Shown here: piece after piece, positions 36,232-46,216 of the stretch
Numbering within the stretch: the stretch's first letter is position 1
How the letters are laid out: each line of letters opens with the position of its first letter
Source of the DNA: Rhodothermales bacterium
GTDB taxonomy: Bacteria > Bacteroidota > Rhodothermia > Rhodothermales > JANQRZ01
Length of the DNA stretch: 64,000 nucleotides
NCBI GenBank assembly: GCA_965215145.1
Contig: OZ244038.1
Span: forward strand, 1,665,760-1,729,759
Direction of reading: 5' to 3'
Notes under the pieces: generated by a model
Seen by the model: the letters and a program-made list of their open reading frames with translations, nothing else
What the model was told of the DNA's origin: nothing
Database searches by the model: none
Position numbers and translations under genes: made by a program

Positions 36232-38385
36232 TCACTCCCGCTCCGCCGCCTCGATCCGGTAGACCGCCCCGTCGAGCCGCACCGTCACGTCCTCCTCGAA
36301 GGCGAGGAAGGGGAGGAGCTCCGGCGGGAGGCGGCGGGCCAGCGCGAAGTAGTCGTCCGAGAGCTGCGTCACCGTCTGCACGTCGTCGGGGTCGGCGTCG
36401 AGCAGGCGGGCGTCCACCCACCCGTCGCCGCGGCGGTAGAAGGCGCGGCCGGCGACGGTCTGCATCGTCTCGACGCGGCGGCGCTCGCCGGTGGCGAGGT
36501 CGAGCAGCTCGGCCTCGGGGGCCGGCGCCTGCGCGGCGGCGGCCATGCTGGCGCGGCCGGCGCGCTGCTGCACGCCGGAGACGCCGCTCACCTCCTCCAT
36601 CACCTCGAGCGCGCTCCCCGTCATCTGCACCTGGTCGGCGCGGCTGGCGAAGACGGCGTCCTCCTCGGCGAGGAACGAGGTGTACGGCGTGAGGATGCCG
36701 TACTCCGTGGCGAGCGCGACGAGCTCCTCCACCAGCTCGTCGCTCTGCCCGTGGAGGTCGATCTGGTCGAGGAGGTCGGCGACGCGGCGGGTGGCCCACA
36801 GCGGCTCGACGAAGCCGTGCCCCGTGCGCTCGCCCTCGCGGGCTAGGCCGGCGCGGAACGTCGTCGTCTCGGTCTGGCCGTTCGCGCGGCCGGAGAGGCG
36901 GACGGTCACGGCGCCCGGCCGGGTGTAGCGCCCGGCGACGACGAGCTGCGTGCCGGCGAAGAGGTCGGGGAGGTCGCGGGGATAGGCTTGGTTGATGCGC
37001 GTGCCGCCGACCTGCACGTCGAGGTCCGCGAGGACGGGCGCGCTCATCCGCCCGTAGAACGTCGCGACGGCGGCCTCGAGGTCGTCCTCGGGGCGGACGT
37101 ACTCGGTGGTCCCGCCGGTGACACGGGCGAGCCGTTCAAGCAGCCGGGCGTTCACGTCGTAGCCGACGCCGAAGGCGAAGACGCGGGCGCCGCCGTCGTT
37201 CCGCGCGTCGGCGCCCGCGGCGATGGCGGCCTCGGCGGTCTCGCCGGCCGTGGGGAGGCCGTCGGTGAGGAAGAGGACGTAGGCCGGCTCGTCGTCGTCA
37301 GGGATCATCCCGAGCGCCTCGTCGAGCGCGCCGGAGATGTTCGTGGAGCCGCCGGCGCGGACGTCGTCCACGAAGGCGAGGGCGTCGCGGCGGGCGTCGG
37401 GGGTGTAGCGCTGGAGCTCCGGGCGGAAGGCGTCGACGCGGTCGTCGTAGGCGACGACGTTGAAGCGGTCCCCCTCGCGGAGGTTGTTGAGCACGAACTC
37501 CATCGCGCCCTTCGCCTGGTCCAGCTTCCGCCCGGCCATCGAGCCCGAGCGGTCGAGGACGAACACGACGGACTTCGGGAGCGGGGCCGCCTCGCGCTCT
37601 GGCACGTCGGGCGCGGCGAGGAGCAGGAAGTAGCCGTCGTCGGCGCCCTCGGGCCAGTGGCTGAGCACCGTCGCGCTGACGGGCCCTTCGTCGGCGGGCT
37701 CGTAGAGCAGCCGGAAGTCGCGGTCGAGCCGGACGTCGTCGGCCTCGAACGTCACCCGCGTCCGGTCCCCCCGCCGTTCGATCTCGACCTCGTGCGAGGG
37801 GCTGTAGACGGCGCCGACGGCCCCCCGCAGCGTGAGCCCGATCCTGAGGGTCTCAACCGCGTGCCGGCGGGCCGAGCCGAGGGGGTAGGCGAACTCGACG
37901 CGGCCGTCCTCGCGGGGGTTGACCTGCGCGTAGCGGAACACGACGCGGCTCTCGCCCCCAGGAGGAACGGGGAACACGCTCGTCTCGATGAGCCCGTAGC
38001 CGGCGTACTCCATCAGCGCGGGGTCGATCTGGCGGCGGACGATCTCCTCGTAGCGGCGGCGGGCCTCGTCCTTCGGGAGCACCTCGCCGCGGAGCTCCTG
38101 CCCATCGGCGATGAGGACGAGGTCCTGCACGGCGGCCTCGGGCGGGACGGGGAGTAGCAGTCGCGCCTCGGCCGGCCGGCGCTGCGGGTTGAACAGCGTC
38201 AGCGTGACCGTCGCCTCGCCGACGCCGTCGCGGATCTGCCCGTCCACGTCTACCCCGCGGAGCTCGACACCCTGCGCTGGGCGTGGGCTAGGGCGCGGGA
38301 TCGGGTCGATGATGATCTGCGCCGACGCGGGGCCGGCAGCGACGAGGAGCAGAGCGGCGAGCCGGAGCAGGAGGGGCAGGCGCAT
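36232..38385 (-). CDS. Secreted VIT + von Willebrand factor A domain protein
   Basis: The ATG at 38385 gives signal MRLPLLLRLAALLLVAAGPASAQ. A VIT-like N-terminus is present. The MIDAS motif is in VVFVLDRSGSMAG, followed by FNVVAYDD and LFLTDGLPT. Confidence 0.85.
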   Translation of the reverse strand: MRLPLLLRLAALLLVAAGPASAQIIIDPIPRPSPRPAQGVELRGVDVDGQIRDGVGEATVTLTLFNPQRRPAEARLLLPVPPEAAVQDLVLIADGQELRGEVLPKDEARRRYEEIVRRQIDPALMEYAGYGLIETSVFPVPPGGESRVVFRYAQVNPREDGRVEFAYPLGSARRHAVETLRIGLTLRGAVGAVYSPSHEVEIERRGDRTRVTFEADDVRLDRDFRLLYEPADEGPVSATVLSHWPEGADDGYFLLLAAPDVPEREAAPLPKSVVFVLDRSGSMAGRKLDQAKGAMEFVLNNLREGDRFNVVAYDDRVDAFRPELQRYTPDARRDALAFVDDVRAGGSTNISGALDEALGMIPDDDEPAYVLFLTDGLPTAGETAEAAIAAGADARNDGGARVFAFGVGYDVNARLLERLARVTGGTTEYVRPEDDLEAAVATFYGRMSAPVLADLDVQVGGTRINQAYPRDLPDLFAGTQLVVAGRYTRPGAVTVRLSGRANGQTETTTFRAGLAREGERTGHGFVEPLWATRRVADLLDQIDLHGQSDELVEELVALATEYGILTPYTSFLAEEDAVFASRADQVQMTGSALEVMEEVSGVSGVQQRAGRASMAAAAQAPAPEAELLDLATGERRRVETMQTVAGRAFYRRGDGWVDARLLDADPDDVQTVTQLSDDYFALARRLPPELLPFLAFEEDVTVRLDGAVYRIEAAERE

Positions 38386-38486
38386 GGGGTCCGTGTGATG
38401 GCCGAACAGTCGGGCCTCTAACGGAACGCCTAGCCGGATATTGCCGCACGGCGCAGCGGGCGCCCCGGAGTAAGCAGACCAAAACC

Positions 38487-38512
38487 GTAGGGGCGGACCC
38501 ACGTGTCCGCCC
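38487..38512. repeat. GTAGGGGCGGAC-N6-GTCCGCCC hairpin
   Basis: It has the same stem as the two hairpins at 13784-13839. Confidence 0.7.
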
Positions 38513-38533
38513 ATCCGAGGTGCCCCGGAGCGG

Positions 38534-38568
38534 ACATAACAAAAGGGGCGCAGCCGAAGCCGCGCCCC
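38534..38568 (-). terminator. Intrinsic terminator (minus strand)
   Basis: The minus strand reads GGGGCGCGGC-TTCG-GCTGCGCCCC followed by TTTTGTTATGT. It lies about 30 nt after the stop of the small ORF 38597-38848. Confidence 0.65.
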
Positions 38569-38596
38569 TTCCGGTGGTGGGGGAGAGCCGTCCCGC

Positions 38597-38848
38597 TCAG
38601 GTCCCGTAGTACCGCGGCCGGCGGTCGATGGCCGGGCGCGAGGTCCGCCCGCCCCGGCGGCCCACAGGCCGATCGGAACGGCGGTGGAGCGGACGCGCGC
38701 GCACGGGGAGGTCCGCCGCACCCGGGTCGGCCAGCGCCGCCTCGACGGCCTCCGCCTCGGCCCAGAGCCGGGAGAAGGGGGCGAGCACGGCGCGGGCGCC
38801 GCTGGGGAGCGTGATCGGAGCGGCGGTGGTGGTGGGGCGAGAGAGCAT
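38597..38848 (-). CDS. Small hypothetical protein (83 aa), weakly supported
   Basis: ATG at 38848 (MLSRPTTTAAPITLPSGARAVLAPFSRLWAEAEAVEAAL...). The main support is the good terminator immediately downstream. The second half is Arg/Pro-rich. Confidence 0.3.
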   Translation of the reverse strand: MLSRPTTTAAPITLPSGARAVLAPFSRLWAEAEAVEAALADPGAADLPVRARPLHRRSDRPVGRRGGRTSRPAIDRRPRYYGT

Positions 38849-38992
38849 CGGGCGCAGCGGGGTGGGGAACGGTTCGGCCGCGTCTCTCTTCAACCCCCGC
38901 GCCGACCCTGAAACGCCGCATTCTGGCCCCCCTACCCGCCGCTCGCCGCGAAGAAACGTGACGACACCGGGTAGATCCCCCACCCCCCGCCC

Positions 38993-39790
38993 GTGCCCAC
39001 CCCCGTGCCCACCCCCGCGCCTCCACCCGACGCCGCGCTCGTCACCGCCATCGCCGGGCGGCTGGCCGGCGTCCGCCGCCGGGTCGCCGCCGCCTGCACC
39101 CGCGCCGGCCGCGACCCAGCCGGCGTCCGCCTCATCGCCGTCACCAAGACGTTCCCCGTCGAGGTCGTCCGGGCCGCCATCGCGGCGGGGCTGAGGGACT
39201 TCGGCGAGAACCGGGTGCAGGAGCTGGAGGAAAAGTCGGCGGCAGTACCGGGTACAGTCGGCGGGTCTCGGGGCCCCGCCGACTCCGGCGGAGACAGCGC
39301 CGTCCGCTGGCACCTCATCGGCCCGCTCCAGCGGAACAAGGCGAAAAAGGCCGTCGCGGCGATGGACGCCTTCCACGCGCTCGACAGTCAGCGGCTGGCC
39401 GAGGAGCTAGAAAAACGGGCTGCGCAGGAGCGGCGGGTGCTGCCGTGCTACGTGCAGGTCAACGTCTCCGGCGAGGCGTCGAAGTCCGGCCTCGCCCCGG
39501 CCGGCACGCACGCCTTCCTGGATGGGTTGGCCGCGTTCGAGCACCTCCGCGTCGTCGGGCTGATGACGCTGGCGGCGCCGGCTGCGACACCTGGGGAGCT
39601 GGAGGCCGTCGTGCGCCCGCAGTTCCGGCGGCTCCGCGCGCTGGCCGAGGGGTACGACGCGGCCGGCAACCCCCGCGTCCGCTCCCCGCTCCGCCTCTCG
39701 ATGGGGATGAGCGGCGACTTCGAGGTCGCCGTCGAGGAGGGGGCGACGGACGTACGGGTGGGCTCGGCGCTGTTCGGCGCGCGCGGGTGA
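38993..39790 (+). CDS. yggS: YggS/YlmE-family PLP-binding protein
   Basis: LIAVTKTFP carries the PLP Lys. GENRVQEL, WHLIGPLQRNKAKK and LSMGMSGDFEVAVEEGAT are also present. Confidence 0.88.
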   Translation: MPTPVPTPAPPPDAALVTAIAGRLAGVRRRVAAACTRAGRDPAGVRLIAVTKTFPVEVVRAAIAAGLRDFGENRVQELEEKSAAVPGTVGGSRGPADSGGDSAVRWHLIGPLQRNKAKKAVAAMDAFHALDSQRLAEELEKRAAQERRVLPCYVQVNVSGEASKSGLAPAGTHAFLDGLAAFEHLRVVGLMTLAAPAATPGELEAVVRPQFRRLRALAEGYDAAGNPRVRSPLRLSMGMSGDFEVAVEEGATDVRVGSALFGARG

Positions 39791-39884
39791 GGCGGCGCCG
39801 CGGCGTCGGGGCGTGGATGGGCGAAATCGGGGAGGGTACGGGGCGTACTGGCTATCACTTCAAGTTTTGCGTTACCTTCTCCGC

Positions 39885-40136
39885 ATGACCGCGCTCGCCC
39901 TCTTCGTCGCCGGCCTCGTCGGCGTGCTCGCCGCGCTCGCCGTGGTGGAGCGCCGCCGTGCCCAGCGGGCGGCGGAGGCGGCCGAGCGCACCCTCAGCCG
40001 GCTCCGCAGCCGTCGCACCGCCTGCGCCGCCACCCTCGACGAATCGGCCCGCGCGGCCGAGCGCCTCCGGGCCGCGCTCGACGGCCGGGAGGCCGGCCCT
40101 CGGGAGAGCCCCCCCGCCAACGCCCCGACCCCATGA
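39885..40136 (+). CDS. Small single-TM protein
   Basis: The TM segment is MTALALFVAGLVGVLAALAVV, followed by a charged helix. ATGA overlap with the divIVA-like gene start. Confidence 0.45.
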   Translation: MTALALFVAGLVGVLAALAVVERRRAQRAAEAAERTLSRLRSRRTACAATLDESARAAERLRAALDGREAGPRESPPANAPTP

Positions 40137-41020
40137 AGCTGACCCCGCTCGACATCCGCAAGCACCAGTTCGCCAAGCGGCTCCGCGGCTACGACCCCGA
40201 GGAGGTCCGCCCGTTCCTGGAGATGCTCTCCGGGCAGTGGGAGGAGCTCCGCGACGAGCTCCGCCACGCGCAGGACCGCGTCCGCGAGCTCGAGGGCAAG
40301 CTCCAGCACTACGAGCGGGTCGAGATGGCGCTTCAGGAGGCGCTGGAGGGCGCCCGCGCCAACGCGCAGCGCAGCCAAGAGCACGCCGAGGAGCGGGCCC
40401 GGCTCATCGTCGAGGAGGCGGAGCTCAAGGCCGAGCAGCTCCGCCACGAGGCCGAGCAGGAGCGGTTCCGCCTCCGCCAGGACGTCTCGAAGCTGACCCA
40501 CCGCCACGCCGAGGTCACCGCGCGGCTCCGGCACTTCCTGATGTCCGAGATGGAGATCCTCGCGCAGCACGAGGAGGAGCGTCCCATCGGGTTCCTCAAG
40601 CTGATCCCCTCGCGCGAGGAGGCGCAGCCCCTGCCGCCCGCGCCGGAGGCCGAGACGGTGGAGCTGGCGGCTTCCCCTGACCCCAGCGCGACGGAGCCCG
40701 ACACCCCCGCCCCCGAGGCCACCGCCGAGGACGAGGCCGCCCGCGCAAAGCCGGCCTCCGAGCGCGCCTCCGAGGGCGAGCCCGAGGGCACCACCTACGG
40801 CGACCTCTACGCCCGCGCCGCCCGCCGCGCCCGCGAGGCCGAGCCGCCGGCGTCGGGCGAGGAGGACCCGATGGAGGAGCCCGAGGAGGAGCCGGCGTGG
40901 ACCCTCCGCTCGCTCGTCGCCGACGCGGCCGGGGAGACGGATGACGAGCCGCTAGGGTCCGGCGGGGAGCCGGTGTCCGAGAAGGAGCGCATCCGCCGCA
41001 TCCTCGAAGACCTCGATTAG
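40133..41020 (+). CDS. DivIVA-domain protein
   Basis: MKLTPLDIRKHQFAKRLRGYDPEEVRPFLE is the canonical DivIVA N-terminus. A coiled coil and an acidic tail follow. Confidence 0.85.
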   Translation: MKLTPLDIRKHQFAKRLRGYDPEEVRPFLEMLSGQWEELRDELRHAQDRVRELEGKLQHYERVEMALQEALEGARANAQRSQEHAEERARLIVEEAELKAEQLRHEAEQERFRLRQDVSKLTHRHAEVTARLRHFLMSEMEILAQHEEERPIGFLKLIPSREEAQPLPPAPEAETVELAASPDPSATEPDTPAPEATAEDEAARAKPASERASEGEPEGTTYGDLYARAARRAREAEPPASGEEDPMEEPEEEPAWTLRSLVADAAGETDDEPLGSGGEPVSEKERIRRILEDLD

Positions 41021-41087
41021 GAGTGGAGGAGCGGGGGAGAGGAGGAGCGGGAGCCGCTTCGCCCCTCAACTCTCCTCTCCCTTTCCC

Positions 41088-41921
<834 letters not shown>

Positions 41922-42018
41922 GCGGGAGGCGCAGGCGCGGCGGGCCGGGAGGCGCATGCGGGTTTGGGGAAGGCGGCCTACCTTCTCAAAAACGGCCGCC
42001 TCAACTCCCCCCCCCCCC

Positions 42019-44217
42019 ATGCGCCCCCTCGTCCGCACCCTCGGCACCGTCCTTCTACTGGCCCCGCTCGCGTCCAGCGCTCAGATGCTGGACGCGGTAG
42101 CGGGGTTCGGAGGCACCGGCTTCAGCCTGAGCGCGGCCGTCGCCGCCGGGCCGGACGGGGCGAGCACGGTGACGGGGTTCTTCTCCGGCGAGGTCACGTT
42201 CGGCGAAGGGCCCGACGCGGTCACCGCCACGGCCGCCGGCAACGACGGGTTCGTCGCCCGCTACGACGCGGCCGGCGCTCTGCTCTGGGCGACGCGGTTC
42301 GGCGGCAACGGGGGGGACGCCGGCTCGGGGGTCGTCGTGGGCCGTGACGGCGCCGTCTACGTCACCGGCAGCTTCCGCGGGACGGCCACCTTCGGCGAGG
42401 GGCCGGACGCCGTCACCCTCGACGCGGCCGGCACGGGCCTCTTCGACAGCGACGGGTTCGTGGCGAAGTACGACAGCGCCGGCGCGCTGCGCTGGGCCGT
42501 CTCCTTCGGCGGCACCGACGGCGACGCCGGCAACGCCATCGCGCTCGGGCCGGGCGGCGATCCCTACGTGGCCGGCGCCTTCCGCGGCACGGCCACCTTC
42601 GGGGAGGGCTCGGCCGCCGTCACGCTGACGAACGCGGGGTTCGGCGACGACGGCTTCGTGGCGCGCTACCGCGACGACGGCACCCTCCGCGGCGCCGTCG
42701 CGTTCGGCGGGCCGAGCTTCGACGAGGGCAACGGCATCGCCGTCGGCGGCGACGGGGCGGTCTTCGTGACGGGGATCTTCGCCAACACCGTCACCTTCGG
42801 CAGCGGCCCGGACGCCGTCACACTGACGGGCGCCAGCGATGGGTTCCTCGTCAGCTACGGGCCGGGCGGGAGGCCGCGCTGGGCCACCCTCTTCGGCGAC
42901 GGCACCGCCGGCGGAACGACGTTCGACCGCGGCACCGCCGTGGCCGTGGACGGCGGCGGGCGGAGCTACGTCACGGGGTTCTTCCGCGGGGACGCGACGT
43001 TCGGGGAGGGCGCCGCCGCCGTCACCCTCACCACCAACGCCTTCGACGACGGGTTCGTGGCGAGCTACGACGCCGCCGGCGCGCTCCGCTGGGTCACCGA
43101 CTTCGGGGCCTCCTCGTCCGACTCCGGCTACGGCATCGCCGCGGCCGAGAACGGGGTCACGGTCGTCACCGGGCGCTTCACGGGGCGGGTCACGTTTGGC
43201 GCGGGCGAGGCCGCCGTGACGCTGGACAGCGTGTTCCGGGAGGACGGCTTCCTCGCGAGCTACGACGCCGCCGGCGCCCTCCGCTGGGTGACCCCCTTCG
43301 ACAGCCCCGACGACGCCGTCGGCCGCGGCGTCGCGCTCGGCGCCGACCGGGCCGTCCGGGTGACGGGCGACTTCGAGACGGCCGTGACGCTCGGCGAGGG
43401 GTCCGACGCCGTCACCCTTCCCGCTGTGGACGGCTTCCTCGACACCGACAGCTTCGTCGCCCGCTACCTCGACGGACTGCCCCCGGACGTGTTCGACCTC
43501 TCCATCGCCGTCGAGGGGGACCCCGTCGTGCTCCCCCCCAGCGGCGGCACGCTGACCGTCACCATCACCGCCGTGAACGTCGGCTCGCAGCGGCGGACGT
43601 TGGAGCTGTGGACCGAGGCGACGCTGCCCAGCGGCGCCGCCTTCGGCCCCCTCGTCGGACCGACGCCGGTGACGCTCGCGGCGGGCGACACGCTCACGCA
43701 GACGCTCGTGCAGGCGGTGCCGAGCGACGCGCCGGCCGGGACGTACACCTACACCGCCCTCTTCGGTCGCTTCCCCGACCTCGTCTCCAGCAGCGCCAGC
43801 TTCACCTTCGAGAAGGCCGGCGCGGCCGGGAGGGGGGAGGTGCTGACGGCCGAGCGGTGGAGCGCGTCATTCGTAAGCTCGCCCGACGAGCGCCGGGCCG
43901 CAGGGCGGGCCGCTCCCGACGTGGAACCGCAGGGAGGGAGGGCCCTCGAAGGCGTCTTCCCGAACCCGTCGCGCGGCACCGCGATCGTCTCCTTCGCGCT
44001 GCCCGAACCGACGGAGGCGCGACTCGTGGTGCTCGACGTGCTCGGCCGTGAGGTCGCCCGCCTCGTGGACGGCTTCACCGGCCCCGGCCGCCACCGCCTG
44101 CCCTTCGACGGCGCCGGGCTGCCAGGCGGCGCCTACCTCGTCCGGCTCGAAGTCTCAGATCCCGCTGGCGGGGCGGGGGAGGCCGTGACGACGCAGCGGT
44201 TCACGCTCGTCCGGTGA
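42019..44217 (+). CDS. SBBP beta-propeller repeat protein with T9SS C-terminal sorting domain
   Basis: A signal peptide starts at the ATG at 42019. About 8 repeats of ...DGFVA(R/K)YD.AGALRWA..FGG... are present. The C-terminus is FPNPSRGTAIVSFALPEPTEARLVVLDVLGREVARL. Confidence 0.8.
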   Translation: MRPLVRTLGTVLLLAPLASSAQMLDAVAGFGGTGFSLSAAVAAGPDGASTVTGFFSGEVTFGEGPDAVTATAAGNDGFVARYDAAGALLWATRFGGNGGDAGSGVVVGRDGAVYVTGSFRGTATFGEGPDAVTLDAAGTGLFDSDGFVAKYDSAGALRWAVSFGGTDGDAGNAIALGPGGDPYVAGAFRGTATFGEGSAAVTLTNAGFGDDGFVARYRDDGTLRGAVAFGGPSFDEGNGIAVGGDGAVFVTGIFANTVTFGSGPDAVTLTGASDGFLVSYGPGGRPRWATLFGDGTAGGTTFDRGTAVAVDGGGRSYVTGFFRGDATFGEGAAAVTLTTNAFDDGFVASYDAAGALRWVTDFGASSSDSGYGIAAAENGVTVVTGRFTGRVTFGAGEAAVTLDSVFREDGFLASYDAAGALRWVTPFDSPDDAVGRGVALGADRAVRVTGDFETAVTLGEGSDAVTLPAVDGFLDTDSFVARYLDGLPPDVFDLSIAVEGDPVVLPPSGGTLTVTITAVNVGSQRRTLELWTEATLPSGAAFGPLVGPTPVTLAAGDTLTQTLVQAVPSDAPAGTYTYTALFGRFPDLVSSSASFTFEKAGAAGRGEVLTAERWSASFVSSPDERRAAGRAAPDVEPQGGRALEGVFPNPSRGTAIVSFALPEPTEARLVVLDVLGREVARLVDGFTGPGRHRLPFDGAGLPGGAYLVRLEVSDPAGGAGEAVTTQRFTLVR

Positions 44218-44242
44218 CCGGCTTCTCGCGGGGGCTCGCAGG

Positions 44243-44569
44243 CTACGCCTCGCCGCCGGGGAGGTGGAACGAGAACTGGGGCTGCCCCCCGCCGCCCTCG
44301 CCGATGGGGCCGTAGGCGGCCTCGTATTTCCCGATGTTGTCCTCCAGCGCCGCCAGCAGCCGCTTAGCGTGCTGCGGCGTCACCACGATCCGGCTCTTCA
44401 CCCGCGCCTTCGGCACGCCGGGCATGACGCGGATGAAGTCGAGGATGAACTCCTCCGGCGAGTGCGCGATCATGACGAGGTTCGAGTACGTCCCCTCAGC
44501 GACGTCGGCGGAGAGCTCGATGTTGAGTTGCTGGGGCTGCTGGGGGTTCGGCTGCTGCGGGTCTTCCAT
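44243..44569 (-). CDS. DUF3467-family protein
   Basis: GTYSNLVMIAHSPEEFILDFI...RIVVTPQHAKRLLAAL matches the DUF3467 pattern as I recall it. The ATG is at 44569. Confidence 0.7.
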   Translation of the reverse strand: MEDPQQPNPQQPQQLNIELSADVAEGTYSNLVMIAHSPEEFILDFIRVMPGVPKARVKSRIVVTPQHAKRLLAALEDNIGKYEAAYGPIGEGGGGQPQFSFHLPGGEA

Positions 44570-44603
44570 CGGGGCGTTGGGGAGGCAGGGGAGGGGGGCG
44601 CGT

Positions 44604-46034
44604 CTAACGAGCGAGGGCGGGCTCCGTTGCACCGGCCAGCGCGGCGGCGAGGTCGGCGCGGGTGATCAGGCCGTACTCCGGCGGGGCGAGGGCGTCGCCC
44701 CCGTCGGTGCGGCGGACGAGGACGGCGGGCGCGGCGTCGAGCATCGCCGCGAGGCCCTCGGCGCCCACGTCGTCCTGCACGATGGGGAGCGCCGAGCCGA
44801 CGGCCTCGGAGGCGGCGCGGTCCCGCGCGGCGGGGTCCTCGACGAGGAGGTCCAGCGCCTCACCCTCGGAGAGGCACCCGGCGATCCGATCCCCGTCGCG
44901 GAGGACGACGAGGCCGGCGCCCGAGGCCCGCATCGCGCGGACGGCCTCGGCCAGCGTGGCGTCCGCCGCCACCGTCGGCGGCGCGTCGCTCTGCTCCTGA
45001 GCGTCCAGCACGTCGGCGGCGGTGAGGGCGGGGGCGTCGCCCTCGGGGGCGAGGTAGCCGTGGCGGCGCATCCAGGCGTCGTTGTACGTCTTCGAGAGGT
45101 AGCGGAAGCCGGAGTCCGGTAGCAGCACGACGACCACGTCGTCCTCCGAGAGCGCGTCGCGGTGGGCTTCGAGCCACCGCATCATCCCGGCGACCGCCAT
45201 CCCGCAGCTCTGCCCGACGAAGAGCCCCTCCTCCTGCGCCAGCCGCCGCGTCATCTGCATCGACTCCCGGTCGGTGACGCGGACGAAGTCGTCCACGAGC
45301 GCGAAGTCCATGTTGCCCGCGAGGATGTCCTCGCCGACGCCCTCGGTGACGTAGGAATGGACCTCGGCGTCGATGAACTCGCCGGTGTGGAAGTAGGTGT
45401 GGTAGGCCGAGCCGTAGGGGTCGACGCCGACGGTGAGGAGGTCGGGGTTATGCTCCTTGAGGTAGCGCGTCGTGCCGGAGATGGTGCCGCCGGTGCCGGC
45501 CCCCGCGAAGTAGTGCGTGATGCGGCCGTCGGTCTGGCGCCAGAGCTCGGGGCCGCTGGTGCGGTAGTGGGCCTCGGCGTTGGCGGGGTGGTCGTACTGG
45601 TTGGGGTAGAACGCGCCCGGCGTCTCGTCCGCGATGCGGGCCGCGACGGAGTAGTACGAGCGGGGGTCGTCCGGGGCCACGGCCGTGGGGCAGACGACGA
45701 CCTCGGCGCCGAGGGCGCGGAGGACGTCCATCTTCTCGGGGCTCTGCTTGTCCGTCGTCGTGAAGACGCAGCGGTACCCCTTCGCGATGGCGGCGATGGC
45801 GAGGCCGGCGCCGGTGTTCCCGCTCGTCCCCTCGACGATGGTGCCGCCGGGCTTCAGCAGCCCCTTCCGCTCGGCGTCCTCGATCATCGCCAGCCCGATC
45901 CGGTCCTTCACGGAGCCGCCGGGGTTGAAGAACTCGACCTTCGCGAGCACGGTGCAGGGGAGGCCGCGGGGGATGGCGTTGAGCCGCACCAGCGGCGTCT
46001 CACCGATGGTGCCGAGGACGTTCTCGTGCCACAT
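44604..46034 (-). CDS. Cystathionine beta-synthase-type PLP enzyme with C-terminal CBS pair
   Basis: GETPLVRL and FFNPGGSVKDRIG (PLP Lys) are present. GTSGNTG is also present. The C-terminal ~130 aa are CBS-domain-like. Confidence 0.88.
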   Translation of the reverse strand: MWHENVLGTIGETPLVRLNAIPRGLPCTVLAKVEFFNPGGSVKDRIGLAMIEDAERKGLLKPGGTIVEGTSGNTGAGLAIAAIAKGYRCVFTTTDKQSPEKMDVLRALGAEVVVCPTAVAPDDPRSYYSVAARIADETPGAFYPNQYDHPANAEAHYRTSGPELWRQTDGRITHYFAGAGTGGTISGTTRYLKEHNPDLLTVGVDPYGSAYHTYFHTGEFIDAEVHSYVTEGVGEDILAGNMDFALVDDFVRVTDRESMQMTRRLAQEEGLFVGQSCGMAVAGMMRWLEAHRDALSEDDVVVVLLPDSGFRYLSKTYNDAWMRRHGYLAPEGDAPALTAADVLDAQEQSDAPPTVAADATLAEAVRAMRASGAGLVVLRDGDRIAGCLSEGEALDLLVEDPAARDRAASEAVGSALPIVQDDVGAEGLAAMLDAAPAVLVRRTDGGDALAPPEYGLITRADLAAALAGATEPALAR

Positions 46035-46216
46035 GAGGAGGGGGGAGGCGAGCTAGTAGGGCGAAAAGGTACGCGGGTCGGGCGCGCGTCTGAAGCCCCG
46101 GTCTACCCCCGGGGGCGGGTGGAGTCGCGGGGGGCTCGGCGCAGAAGTTGTGAAGAGCGGGTTGACCTTGTTGGGCCATTGCCTCTATCCTTAGCGCCCA
46201 CCACACCCCCAGGCCT

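Noticed and set aside
39873-39880. TACCTTCT as an anti-Shine-Dalgarno-like or translation signal
   Set aside because: It resembles the 16S 3' tail (CACCTCCTT) rather than its complement, so it cannot pair with the ribosome. Its recurring distance from start codons fits a promoter -7 box better.
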